A DNA stretch of 64,000 nucleotides from Strigamia acuminata (lineage: Eukaryota): the NCBI GenBank assembly GCA_949358305.1, contig OX442314.1, positions 10,354,001 through 10,418,000 of the forward strand, given 5' to 3'. The translations under genes and the position numbers were made by a program. This document shows positions 12,236 through 25,100 of this stretch, piece after piece; the stretch's first letter is position 1; each line of letters starts with the position of its first letter. Below the pieces are notes generated by a model, which saw only the letters and a program-made list of their open reading frames with translations, searched no databases and had not been told where the DNA came from.

Positions 12236-15200
12236 CATGGAGTTTTCTAATAACTCCACTTTTGATACTTTGTTTCACCCGTATTGCTTTAGAGTTTTTT
12301 GTGCTGATTGGATTCGTGATTTCCAAATTGTTGGAAGAAGGGTTTTCCGACGACATGGACGGGCGAATATTGCAGATAAATTATGTAAATATCGGTAAAT
12401 CGGCATTTCACTGGCTTGGGAGAATTTGAGTTCATTCGTAGGATTTTCCGTTTATCGAATAAAGAAAAGACTGAACTATCTCTTAAAACGGAAAGTGTTA
12501 CCAAGACATGGTTTAAACAAAGGGGCCCGGAATCACTATGCCTATTGATATAGAACCAGAACCGAAGAAAACTTCTTGTTAAAACAATCTTTGACGTTTT
12601 TGGCCATTGAAGTGAGCCGTTTTTAATTTATAATTTAACATTTCTGTCCTCACGTGGCCGCTTTGTCCATTTAGGAAAATGCAATATTTTTGTAAATGTA
12701 AATTTATAATTCACGTGTATTCTTAGTTTTAATGTGTTTAGAATAGAATAAATTAATTTATTTGTTTGTTAATATGTTTTCATTTGTCATATTTGTTTAT
12801 TTGTTTATTTTGGAGGTGGTTTGATGGCTACCGCTATTATTCTACTAATTTGGGAAATTAGTGGAAGGTGTCACAGGTGCTCTCCAACAACTACACAATC
12901 ACGGAAAAATAACCGAGTAAGCCTTAGAACGGTGCTGGCCACTAAGAGATGCTTTACGGCACGGCATTGGTGATTTTGCACTTTTAATTTGATAATTTTT
13001 AAAGTGACACAATCCAGAGTGATATAGCAAAGAACCATACAAGGAAGCACTGTTGTGATTCCAAATATAGCACAAATGTTAGTCCTATGTTTAAAGTTAG
13101 TATCAAGTCTGGTCACAATGTCCTGTCCAAAATGTGAGCCACAACTAACTTGTAAGTCAACACTGCAAAAGACCTCCATTTTCGGAGACATTATTTTACC
13201 TTCGAGTGCACTAAAAATAAAAATAGTACCGGTACTTCACTACTTTCAAAGTTTAAAGATCAAGAATGCACTCGGGACAAAGAATCCCAGCATGGGTGTC
13301 TCAAAAGATTAGTTACTAATTTCACAATTTATTTGGACCATAGGATCTCCATGGCAAAGATAAGCAAAGTAGAAAAAAAACCAAAAACCAAATGCATTTG
13401 TTTTTGGAAGGAGGCCAAGCGCCAAGAAAAGATGGAAACGGCGCGGAACAAAAACGAATTGGTTATTTGTGACTTGTGCAATACTGTAGAACTGCTCAAA
13501 GAAGATTTGTTGAAGTGCACAACCACCCACTGACTTGTGAGTTGCTAGGCACGAGACAGGTTTTTCTTTTGCTAAAAAAATAATAAATTAACTTTTTAAT
13601 ATTTTATTTTCATTTTAATTTCTTTTTGTATTGCAGGGATATTGGAGTGGAAGCATTTGTAAAAATTATATCCCAATTTTTTGACGATAACAGAACCGAG
13701 TGTGCTTTATACAAATCACACGTACAAAGAAATGGTACAATGCCATTAATGAATTGATTTCATTAGACACGATTTTAGATTCTTGGGAGCGGGCAAGTGA
13801 AATCGCCAAATTTAACAGGCGACATCGCCACAATTTTGGCAGCGTTATTGTCACAATTAGGATTATGACGTACGTTAAAAAACGTAAAAATAATATATAA
13901 GAAATTGATTTTACGCCTCATTTTATTTTAGCCCAGGCCCCAGGAAAACATTTCTATAGTAGTGCTAAAAATTTGGCCTTTTGGTAGCCTTTTGGCAGTC
14001 ATGCAAATCCACGGTTACATCTTAACTCTGATCGTGAAGGAGGTTTCATCCAGTGATGGTAATTGAATGAAAAGAAGGTTGTATATCAGAAAGGCAATAG
14101 TAGAACAAGTTATTAATATTGAACAAGAAATAGAAATACAAATAGAAAGACAATCTGAAGGTTAGCCCAAGAAGTTTTAAAGAAATAAAAATTGTTGAAA
14201 GATTCTTATTTTTACAATTGGCACAAACATTTGGCATCGTTTGGAATCGCTCAAATGGCTCTGCACGGAAAGATCAAGGAGGAGGACTTCAGTGCATTCG
14301 CAAAGGAGATGTTTCCCTGGCGTTGTTTCCGACCTTCGATTGCGAGAGTGGCTAGAGTGGCTTGTGCCACCCCCATCCCTGCTTTTAGAGTTTAACTTGC
14401 AAGAAGCCTAGAGAAGTTCCATGTTATTCCTTTGATATTAATAAATAAAAATATATATTCACTGTGGTACATTTTCTTGTTCGTTTTGTTTATCATTACT
14501 TGTACAGTAACTGTACTGTATGCATTTGGCGTTATCATTTTCGCGGGAATTGCAAATTTATAAGCTTCATATTATATTGTTTGGGACAGTTAACCGATTA
14601 AGTAAGTATTTTAAAGTAGAAAAAAACTTAATTCCCAAGTTATGTTTAGCCTAGGACGAAGAAATACAAGGAGCACGAGCTGCGCCCACTTGCTGGAGGC
14701 AGTGCTGGACTGGATACAGGATTTTCGAACGTAGAAACACGATTTTGGAACGACGATAGAAAGATTGATTTAAATGAACAAGCAGAACTCTACAACTCCG
14801 AAAATTCCTAAAAAACATCTGGTTGTGATAGCAGCGGTCGAACGGAGCTATCAACTACATTTTGGTCAACAAAACGCCTTAAGAGAACACACTGGTTGAA
14901 ACTGAGAAAGAAAACGAACATGCCCCACCCAAACACAAAAAAGTAAAACTAGATACCAAGATAGAAGAAAGCATTTCAACATGGATCCAAGAGCATCAGA
15001 CTAAGGAAACCGCAGCATTGCTGCAAAATTTTCGTGCCTTTGTCGCGAACGAAAAAGCCATTATTTAGACCTAAGAGAGTTTGCTCTCCAGCAACTAAAC
15101 GATCACGGAAAAATAACAGAGTAAGCCTTAGAACGGTTTCGGAAAGTGGTGTTTTATTGGCTTTGGCGTCCATCAAAAGACGCTCTACGATCAAAAATCA

Positions 15201-18200
15201 AGAAGTTACTTCAAAGTTAGAAGCTGAAAATTTTCACGCGCGTTATTATTCTATGTTGCTAAATTTGTTTTAATATCTCCCGTCGGAATAAATGTGTTTG
15301 GTATTTACTTAATTTTTTTTTTTTTTTTTTTATCACCCGTGTTCAATTTCCCTACAACAACTTTATACAACAAATTTATACCGGCCACCCGGTATCCCAC
15401 CCGGCCAGTCCAGCATTGGGGTTTTGTATCAGATAGGCAATAGTAGAACAAGTTATTAATATTGAAAAAGAAATATAAATACAAACAGAGAGACAATCGG
15501 AAGGTTAGCCCAAGAAGTTTTAAAAGAATGAAAATTGTTGAAAGATTTTTTTTCTGTCCAAAGCGACGGTTGTTTATATTGGAGGTGATTTGTATTGCAG
15601 GGATTTAGAAGTGGAGGAATTTTTGGAATTATATCCGAATTTAGAAAGTTATTTCAACGACAATAACACACGCGAGTGTCCTTTGTATGAATCGCATGTA
15701 ACCCATTGGTTTTGTCAAAATTGCGTAAGGAACCAGGCCGAGAAGGAAGTGTCCCAGTCGGAATAAGTGTGTTTGTATTTACTTGATTTTTTTTATCACC
15801 TGTGTTCAATTTCACTACAACAACTCTTTTCGGTGGGATTAGCAATCGTAACGATTGTCTACTTTTGTGCGTTTGTCCTTGTGATCTACAAATTTATCCG
15901 TGCCGTATTTATAGCATTGGATGATATTTTGGACTGAAAGGTAAGCCCAAGAAGTTTTAAAGGAATGAAAATTGTTAAAAGATTTTTTTTTCTGTCCATA
16001 TATTGGGGAATTGCTTTTACCGTTAAAAGATTTTACAATTGGCACAAACACAGGTCCCTAAACAAAGTCATGGAGTTTTTTAAACTTCATAATACAATAA
16101 GTTGAAATTAAGAAATAATTTAACTTCATTGCAGTTGCCAAAGATGCCAGCTATTCTATGGCAACCCAACAAGCACAGTCAGGAAGAATTGTGTAAATAG
16201 TCAAGAGAAAGAGTTAAAAGGATTCCTTTTTAGACAATAAAACTGAACACACAAGAAAAAAAAATAACTTTCCACCATGTTGTTGTTTTCCAACAGCAAA
16301 AAATTTTTCTTGCTTGTTAATCTTATGAGGGTTTTTGCAACTCTGGAGAAAGTCATTTTGAAAAAAGTGAAAGCTTCTCAAAGGTTTACAAATATTTTAG
16401 TTTAACAACTGTCAAAATGACCCAATGGCTTTTTCCAATAGTGTTTTTGATGCTTTACATCATAAAACAGCAAACGTGGCAATTTTCATAAAGAAAAATA
16501 AAAAAAGAGAATTAACCTAGAATGAAACCGATTCAACCGGGCACGTTCAGAAACACCTTGAAGCGTCCCCAACAAAGATGAAAAGACAAAGAACCACTCC
16601 TGGCTGGCAAAGTCCTGTTCCATGGGTCATCCAGAAAAAGGTAAATGAAAAATTTTCCACACTCCCAGAGAAGTCCAACCAAGAGCATTTGAAACGATTG
16701 ATTACAATTAAAAGAACAAGAACCATGACCATCCTCTGATCCACTGATTACTTTGAAAATAAAAACCAGGGTTCAGAAATCATATCCCAAACTGAACCAC
16801 TTCATGTCATAAAAATGGCAAATGCCATTTCCAATCACGAAAACCGACAAGACAAATTCAATTTCAAATGAAAAATTCAAAACCATACTTTGAAAAACCA
16901 CCAAAAAACTCCAAAAAGCGCATCAAATAATATTCTTGCCAAATAAATACTCAACCGCCACATAACTAAAGAAACACAGAAGAAAATACATTTCGAACTA
17001 GGCCAATGGTAGGCCTAAAATGGCGCCAAACAATAGCAAAAGAACATACGTAAGAGAATAAATGGATCAATTTTCAAAGAAATACGAATTCAAACGTGAG
17101 AAATTCGAGGGAATGTTAATCCCGTGTTTATGAAACCAACCAACCTTTTGGAAATCAAACGCGAATTAAATAACGTGAAAAACGAACGAACACAGCATGT
17201 CGAACAGCAAAATCTTGCTGTTCACCTCGCCTTGTGCTGAGCGAGACGAAATTGCGTGACAGATTATTGTTTAGCGTCTACTATTGTTTATAGTCTAGTA
17301 TTGTTTATAGCATCGTCATAAAACGACCAAAACAATTTTATTTTTAGTTTTTCAATTTTTCAATTTTATTTTTAGTTTTTCAATTTTTCAATTTTATTTT
17401 TAGTTTTTCAATTTTTCAATTTTATTTTTAGTTTTTCAATTTTTCAATTTTTCAATTTTATTTTAAGTTTTCCAATTTGAATTTTGAAAATTAAAAATTG
17501 AAACTTTGAATTCAAATTTTATTTTTCTAATGAATTCAATTTTCAATTTATAGATGGCGCATCAGGCCTAGTGTTCGTCCAAGGTTAAATAAACGCCTTA
17601 AATAAAATGTAACAAAATAAAAAAAACGCAAATTACTTTTAAAAATTTCTGATACTGCTCAATGTGCGTGTTGTTTTACACATTTTATAAATTATTAAAA
17701 ACAAATAAATAGAAAATTATTTCTTAAAACATCTGAAGTATTAAAATTCGGTTTTTCCATCTGGTTGCGCGCTCTCTCGCCGCCACTGAGGTCACTTCTA
17801 ACATTTTCAGAAAGTTTTTGAAAATTTTAGAAACTAAGGAACTAAGTTCGTTAGTTCGCAAACTTTTTTTTATCTTAATTTCGATTTTTTTAAATCGTAA
17901 TTTCGATTTTTTTTAAATCGTAATTTCAATTTTTGTATCTAGTTTTAATTTTTTTTACGTAATTCTAATTTTTTTAATGTAATTTTTTTAATCTAAATGT
18001 TGATGTGGATTTATTTCACCTATTTTTGCTGTTCATATCAATTCTGAACTTATAAAGTGTAAATCCACATATTTTAAGTTTTAAGGCGAAAAATGGTGAG
18101 CTTTCATCCAAATTTTCATCTCTTTTATTCCTTGCCTTATTTTTTTTCAAATTTTTTTAATTTCAATTTGCCCTGGATACAAATTAGATACAAATTAATA

Positions 18201-18510
18201 TTACGAATGCTTTGTACGATGAATAAAATTGGTACATTTGGCATTTTTCCGTGGAGAAATGCGCGGGAGTTGTTTGTTTTCATCACCTCACTCTGAAGTG
18301 TAAACTCGGTTTTTGCATTTCGTCTACATTAGCGAACCCTTTTTTAATTATTTCAAAAACTATGTTCAAAAATGGGGAAAGGTTAAAGAGAAAGAAAGTG
18401 TACCGTAGTAGTTAACAAAATGGCTTCTTTTAGTCAGGGCTGCCTGAGCCTTATATATCGTCTTTTCAGACCTCCCAAGTCAGACCGCGGATTTCAAATT
18501 TCTAAGAAAA

Positions 18511-20392
18511 TAGGAGGCTGGCAATTCAGCTTTTCATTTTGCCCCCACGAGGGCGCTGCAGTCGAGGTTTGGTATGATTAACATCCGGTTAGGTTAGTCT
18601 CAGTTCAAATGGATTGCTTTTTGCTCTATATTTATAAAATTTATAAATGTATAAAACAGCACCATCCATTTAAAGATGAATTAGGATTGAATATGTCATT
18701 GAATTTTTTTGTAAAAATTATTTTGTAGATTTTAGTTGATTGTGGGGCGATGTAATGCACACACATACTTTTTACAGTGCATATGAATTTGATGGCAGCT
18801 GTAGCTGTCAGTTGTCAGCTGTCAGTTGTCAGCTGTCGACTGCCGGGGCGTGCACGGGCGATTTGTTCTGGGTGGACGGGGACGGCGACGGGATGGGTTG
18901 AGCGGGCGATCGACTAGGAACTGAGAAGGGGGAGGGTGCGGGCGAGTGGGAGTGGGTGGACGAGGTGGGGATGGCATTGCGGGAGTTGAGCGGCGAGTGG
19001 CCGAGTTGGGTGATCTGGGTGATCTGGGTGATCTGGGGCGAGGTGGCGGGCTGGTGGTAGGCGGGCGAGGGCGCCTGTGTGGAGCAGACGGCTTGTTTGG
19101 TGACGGTGGTGACTGCCGTGACTGTCGACTGCCGACTGCCGAGTTTCGACTGTCGCCGCCGTCAGTCGACCGTCACCTGTCGAATGTCGCGGCTGTCAGC
19201 GTCGGACGTCGACCTGTTGCAGCCGTCAACTGTCGGCCGTCGCTGCTGACAGTCCGACAGTCGACGTCCGACGGACGCGAAATTCGACAGCTGACGGCCG
19301 CGACATTCGTCAGGTGACGGTCGACTGTCAGTTTAGGTGCATATGAATTTAATGGCAGCTGTAGCTGTCAGTTGTTAGCTGTCAGTTGTCAGCTGTCGAC
19401 TGCCGGGGCGTGCACGGGCGATTTGTTCTGGGTGGACGGGGACGCACTTTTCCTTTTCACAATTGTCGGTATTTGTAATAAATTATCGGTCAGAGATGTT
19501 CCGGCTTCAGAAACCTTTTTCAACTCCTTAATAACGGCGCGCGGCGACACCAACTGCCCCGACAACGGCGTCGGCGAGCAGTCGACGGCTGACAGTTGAC
19601 AGCTGCCGATTAGTCCATCCCACATTCGACGGCTGACTGTCGACTGTTGCAGCCGACAGCTGTCGACTCCGTCAGACGTCGACTGTGGCTGTCGACTGTC
19701 GCGTCGGTCGGCCGTCGCTGGTGACAGTGTGACAGACGACTTCTGACGGCCGCGACATTCGACGACTGACAGTCGACGTCCTACGGACGCGACATTCGAC
19801 AGCTGACAGTGCGACAGTCGACGGCAGACGGCCGCGACATTCGACAGGTGACGGTCGACTGTTGCGTACGTCGGACGTCGACTGTGGCTGTCGAGTCCGT
19901 CGGCCGTCGCTGCTGACAGTCGACTTCAGCTGTCGAATGTCGCGGCCGTCTGCCGTCGACTGTCGCACTGTCAGCTGACGAATGTCGCGTCCGTAGGACG
20001 TCGACTATCAGCCGCCGAATGTCGCGGCCGTCAGAAGTCGACTGACAGCTACAGCTGCCATCAACTTCATATGCACCTAAACTAACACTCTGCATCTGTG
20101 CAGTCAACAGCAGTGCTGGACTGGCCCGGCGGGCTACCGGGAGTTTCCATCGCCCCACAATCAACTAAAATCTACAAAAAAAATTTTACAAAAAAATTCA
20201 ATGACATATTCAATCCTACTTCATCTTTAAAGGGATGGCGCTATTTTATAAATTTATAAATTTTATAAATTTTATAAAAAAAAGCAATCCATTTGAACTG
20301 AGACTAACCTAACCGGATGTTAATCATACCAAACCTCGACGGTGGCGCCACCAAGTGCAAAATGTGCAAACCAAATCTGTGCCAGCCTCCTA
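18511..20392. mobile_element. Non-autonomous TIR DNA transposon (~240-bp imperfect TIRs) inserted at AAA|TTT; Spy/PHIS-like
   Basis: TAGGAGGCTGGCA... (18511-~18752) and ...TGCCAGCCTCCTA (~20148-20392) are inverted. The paralogous empty site AGAAAATTGATA is at 11801. Confidence 0.8.
19336..20077. mobile_element. GC-rich Harbinger-like MITE with internal palindromes; partial tandem copy at ~18777-19330
   Basis: TTA|GGTGCATATGAA..TGGCAGCTGTAGCTGTCAGT and ACTGACAGCTACAGCTGCCA..TTCATATGCACC|TAA form ~37-bp TIRs. The interior is dense in GTCGAC, CAGCTG and GACGTC. Confidence 0.6.
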
Positions 20393-20720
20393 TTTGATAA
20401 AAAAAAATTCTTTGCAAACATTTTGTGGCCCCATTGTAAATTTACACTCTCTATAGATATTTCCAACTTTTGACAATTATATATACCCGGTATATTGTAT
20501 ATAGAATATAACATGTATTATCTTTACGCCACCACCACTAAAGGCGCAACAGTATTTAATACTTGTGGAAATTATATTGCCTAACTTAGGATTGGAACAG
20601 CAATGTTCTCTCCTCTCTCATAAAATATACAGAGCCATACAATAACAATTGCAAAATAACATTAATAACGCACGAAGAGGCAAAACATATTGCTCAAATG
20701 GTTGGACACAAACGCAACAC

Positions 20721-21582
20721 TGTTACGTATCTGTTAGCTCTCTAGATTAGGTAGTGTTAGGTTTCCTTCCTGTTAGGGGACAGTAAGTGGGTAAAGCTAC
20801 ACACCACAAGCTACCTCCTAGGAGAGTTGTGGCCGTGTTGACCCTAGCTTATCTCCTCGAAGAAGCACTTACGGGAAGGGGGGCAAGGCAGGTTTGGGAA
20901 GTGAGAGCACTAAGAGGATTGTTGCATCCAACTGGACTGTACTGCTGGATTTAATTGTAATCATGGAGTCAGCACTGACAAGTTACCCTACCCGGCCGTG
21001 TTGGACACTGATGATGACCAGGAGGAATTAGTAGCTGGTGTAAACCAAGAGTCCCAGACAAGTTTGTCCGGAATGGCGTGAGGAAGCGGAGTTGGGACAA
21101 ACCATGTGGCGCATGTGCCCCCATTTCAGAGCAAAACCGAGACTGATTGGAGTTTGTGGGTGGAACAGTTTGAATTCATGGCTAAGTTGCTCAAATTCCA
21201 TGCAGACAAGGACACTTTGAAGATGTTCTTGGTGGCCTCGATGGGAGCAGACACTCACGCCTTACTGCATAAGCTGACTTCCCCGACAAAGATTGCGGAT
21301 ATGACATACGAGGAGATTGTCAAAAAGATAAAGGCATACTTTAGTCCGGCGGTACCTCCGATTATTATCCAGAACCGCCTGCGTGAGAGAGTACGCCAGC
21401 CAAAGGAGTCTGTGGCCGCATATGTTGCTGTTCTGCGCGGTCTCGCGGAGAAGGGAGAGTACAGAGACTCCAAGCAGGTGGACTTTGCGGTCATGGACCA
21501 GTTGATCGAAGGCCTGGGAAATGCCACAGCAAGACAGTGTATCCTATTGCAAAAGCCGAGTACTTTTAAGGAGGCCTGGAGG
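20721..21582 (+). pseudogene. Truncated Gypsy/Mag-like remnant (probable LTR/leader plus N-terminal gag)
   Basis: ORF 21106 (AHVPPF..DWSLWVEQFE..RVRQPKESVAAYVAVLRGLAEKGEY..DQLIEGL) parallels the gag of the intact element (RDQKTGESIADYIVELRRLASTCSY..DKFVCGL). It breaks off after KEAW. The 5' boundary is uncertain. Confidence 0.75.
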
Positions 21583-23473
21583 ACATGGAGTTTTCTAATA
21601 ACTCCACTTTTGATACTTTGTTTTAGCCGTATTGCTTTAGGTTTTTTCGTGCTGATTGGATTCGTGATTTCCAAATTGTTGGAAGAAGGGTTTTCCAAAG
21701 ACATGGACGGGCGAATATTGCAGATAAATTATGTAAAATGTGTTACCAAGACATGGTTTAACCAAAGGGGCCCGGAATCACTACGCCTATTGGTATAGAA
21801 CCAGAACCGAAGAAAACTTCTTGTTAAAACAATCTTTGACGTTTTTGGCCATTGAAGTGAGCCGTTTTTAATTTATAATTTAACATTTCTGTCCTCACGT
21901 GGCCGCTTTGTCCATTTAGGAAAATGCAATATTTTAGTAAATATAAATTTATAATTCACGTGTATTCTTAGTTTTAATGTGTTTAGAATAGAATAAATTT
22001 ATTTATTTGTTTGTTAATCCGTTTTCATTTGTCAGTCATATTTGTTTATTTGTTTATTTTGGAGGTGGTTTGATGGCTACCGCTATTATTCTACTAATTT
22101 GGGAAATTAGTGGAAGGTGTCACAGGTGCTCTCCAACAACTACACAATCACGGAAAAATAACCGAGTAAGCCTTAGAACGGTGCTGGCCACTAAGAGATG
22201 CTTTACGGCACGGCATTGGTGATTTTGCACTTTTAATTTGATAATTTTTAAAGTGACACAATCCAGAGTGATATAGCAAGGAACCATACAAGGAAGCACT
22301 GTTGTGATTCCAAATATAGCACAAATGTTAGTCCTATGTTTATAGTTAGTATCAATTCTGGTCACAATGTCCTGTCCAAAATGTGAGCCACAACTAAATC
22401 AACACTGCAAAAGGCCAAAAGTCCAGCCCTGACGACCATTGTGCCTTTGTGACCATTTTGACCGTGACCATGCCGTTTTCCGATAAGTATCATTTCATTT
22501 ATTATAAGTTAGTAGTTTGGTATTTATACTTCATTCTGTATATTTTATTTTTATTTGCAAGATTTGCAAAAAAACAAAATGGAAGTTTTGTCTCTATCAT
22601 GAAAACAAGACCTGGATACGTCGAAACATTCCAAGAAAACTAATTGTACAGGTACAAAGACAGGATTGGAAGTGGGAACAAAAAGGTACACTGTGTACGT
22701 TGCTCAGTTGGACCATAGGATCTCCATGGCAAGGATAAGCAAAGTAGAAAAAAAACAAAAAACCAAATGCATTTGTTTTTGGAAGGAAGCCAAGCGCCAA
22801 GAAAAGATAGAAACAGCGCGGAATAACAACGAATTGGTTATTTGTGACTTGTGCAATACTGTAGAACTGCTCAAAGAAGATTTGTTAAAATGCACAACCA
22901 CCCACTGAGTTGATCGGCACGAGACAGGTTTTTCTTTTGCTAAAAAATTAAGAAATTAACTTTTTAATATTTTATTTTCATTTCAATTTTTTTTGTATTG
23001 CAGGCAAATTCCCGGTATCCCACCCGGCCAGTCCAGCATTGGGGTTTTGTATCAGATAGGCAATAGTAGAACAAGTTATTAATATTGAACAAGAAATATA
23101 AATACAAACAGAAAGACAATCGGAAGGTTAGCCCAAGAAGTTTTAAAGGAGTGGAAATTGTTGAAAGATTCTTTTTTTTCTGTCCAGAGCGACAATTGTT
23201 TATATTGGAGGCGGTTTGATGGCTACGGCCATTACTCTGGTCATGTGGGAAATTAAGGGGCGTTGTCACAGCTACACCCCATACGAGTATTTTAGACTAA
23301 GAAAGTTTGCTCTCCAGCAACTAAACGATCACGGAAAAATAACCGAGTAAGCCTTAGAACGGTTTAGGAAAGAGGCGTTTTATTGGCTTTAGCGGCCATC
23401 AACAGACGATCTACGATCCAAAATCAAGACGTTACTTCAAAGTTAGAAGCTAACAAAAAGACAATCAGAGTAC

Positions 23474-23612
23474 GTCATCTGTGACTTTTGTAATACTGAA
23501 GAACTGCTGAAAGAAGATTTAATGAAGTGCCCGACCACCCACTGGTTTTGTCAAAATTGCATAAGGTACCAGGCCTAGAAAGAAGTGTCCCGAGGCAACT
23601 GGAAGATCGCCT
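23474..23612 (+). pseudogene. RNF216/TRIAD3-like RBR RING1 fragment
   Basis: Translates to VICDFCNTEELLKEDLMKCPTTHWFCQNCIRYQA*KEVSRGNWKIA (C-x2-C-x12-C-x3-H-x2-C-x2-C). Overlapping fragments lie at 13349-13533, 22726-22908 and ~15700-15755, where the stop codon reads GAG. Confidence 0.6.
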
Positions 23613-24424
23613 AACGTCAATCTCCATCAGGATCAAATCCTGCATGCAGGAATGGCCCTGTCGATTTCCTTCAAATATCAAATCGATAATTATGGTTCAC
23701 AGGTTTATAGATTGCCGGGCACGAAGAAAGCAAAGATGCGGAAAGGTGGGCACATTTTTTTCTATATTCTTTTTTTTCTTTTTGAACAGGAATTTGAGTT
23801 AAAACGCGTTTTAAGGACAAGGCAAGTTTTTTTTTTGGTTAGTTGATTTTGGTAAAAAGCTAGGTCTCTGGCTAAACTTTTCATTACTTTCTCTATACTG
23901 CAATACTGCAACGCGTTTTCTAAGCTTATATTTCAAACAGTCCGACTCTCTTAAAGCGTGCCATTAGAACCAGGAATAGTGGCAATGGCCAGAAGAGGAG
24001 TTAAAACTACGATAACAAAAAACTACAAATATGCAACCTTAAAGCTTAGGTTAGGCTGAGGAAATAAACCACAAGTGCATAAACTGGAAAAAACAGGATG
24101 CCAGGTTGAAGAAATGTAGACACAGAAGAGATAAGTCAAAGAGAAAATTTCAATTTCACTTAATCTTAATCCTTTTTTAGAATTAGAATTCTTAGAGATA
24201 TGCTATAAAACCGTCCTATGTTGTTCATAAAAATCATTTCAGTTGGGAGTTGGAATGTCAGTCCATATGGCAGTATAAAGCATGAAAGATTAAGAACTAC
24301 ATCCCAATTTTTGCCCAAAATATTCTTCATACTACAACTCAAGAAATAGAAAAATAGAAATTTGTATACAGAAATAAGAGAACCAATCACAAAAAATTGA
24401 TGTAATGTCAGTACACCTGCAAAA

Positions 24425-25100
24425 GCCATCCGCAAATGCATTTTTCCATCTGCAAATGCATTTTTTCCATCTGTAAATGCATTTTTCCATCTGCAAATGC
24501 ATTTTTTCCCATCTGTAAATGCATTTTTCCATCCGCAAATGCATTTTTCCATCCGCAAATGCATTTTTCCATCTGCAAATGCATTTTTCCATCTGCAAAT
24601 GCATTTTTCCATCTGCAAATGCATTTTTCCATCCGCAAATGCATTTTTCCATCTGCAAATGCATTTTTCCATCCGCAAATGAATTTTTCCATCTGCAAAT
24701 GCATTTTTTCCATCTGTAAATGCATTTTTCCATCTGCAAATGCATTTTTTCCCATCTGTAAATGCATTTTTCCATCTGCAAATGCATTTTTTCCCATCTG
24801 TAAATGCATTTTTCCATCCGCAAATGCATTTTTCCATCTGCAAATGCATTTTTTCCATCTGTAAATGCATTTTTCCATCTGCAAATGCATTTTTTCCCAT
24901 CTGTAAATGCATTTTTCCATCTGCAAATGCATTTTTTCCCATCTGTAAATGCATTTTTTCCCATCTGTAAAAGCATTTTTTCCCATCTGTAAATGCATTT
25001 TTTCCATCTGAAAATACATTTCTCCATCTGCAAATGCATTTTTACATCTGTAAATGCATTTTTACATCTGTAAATGCATTTTTTTCATCTAAAAATACAT
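24425..25100. repeat. Minisatellite, 20-22-bp unit CATCTGCAAATGCATTTTTC
   Basis: About 30 tandem copies; the source of the repetitive ORFs at 24166-25039. Confidence 0.95.

Noticed and set aside
11836..12429. 197-aa and 230-aa ORFs (11836, 21106) as gag-TM fusion genes
   Set aside because: They look like chance read-through across deletion junctions, start at non-ATG codons, and differ in their ends between the two copies.
18588..18598. GTTAGGTTAG as an interstitial telomere
   Set aside because: Only about two units are present, and they form part of the transposon TIR (mirrored at ~20304).
18946..20164. ORFs across the GC-rich block as real genes
   Set aside because: They are mostly by-products of palindromic repeats that lack stop codons, and no domain was recognisable.
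24166..25039. Long repetitive ORFs (MHLQMEK..., also 596-979, 42551-42946, 46750-47157, 61859-63493)
   Set aside because: They are translations of minisatellites, open in several frames and on both strands, and lie within introns.
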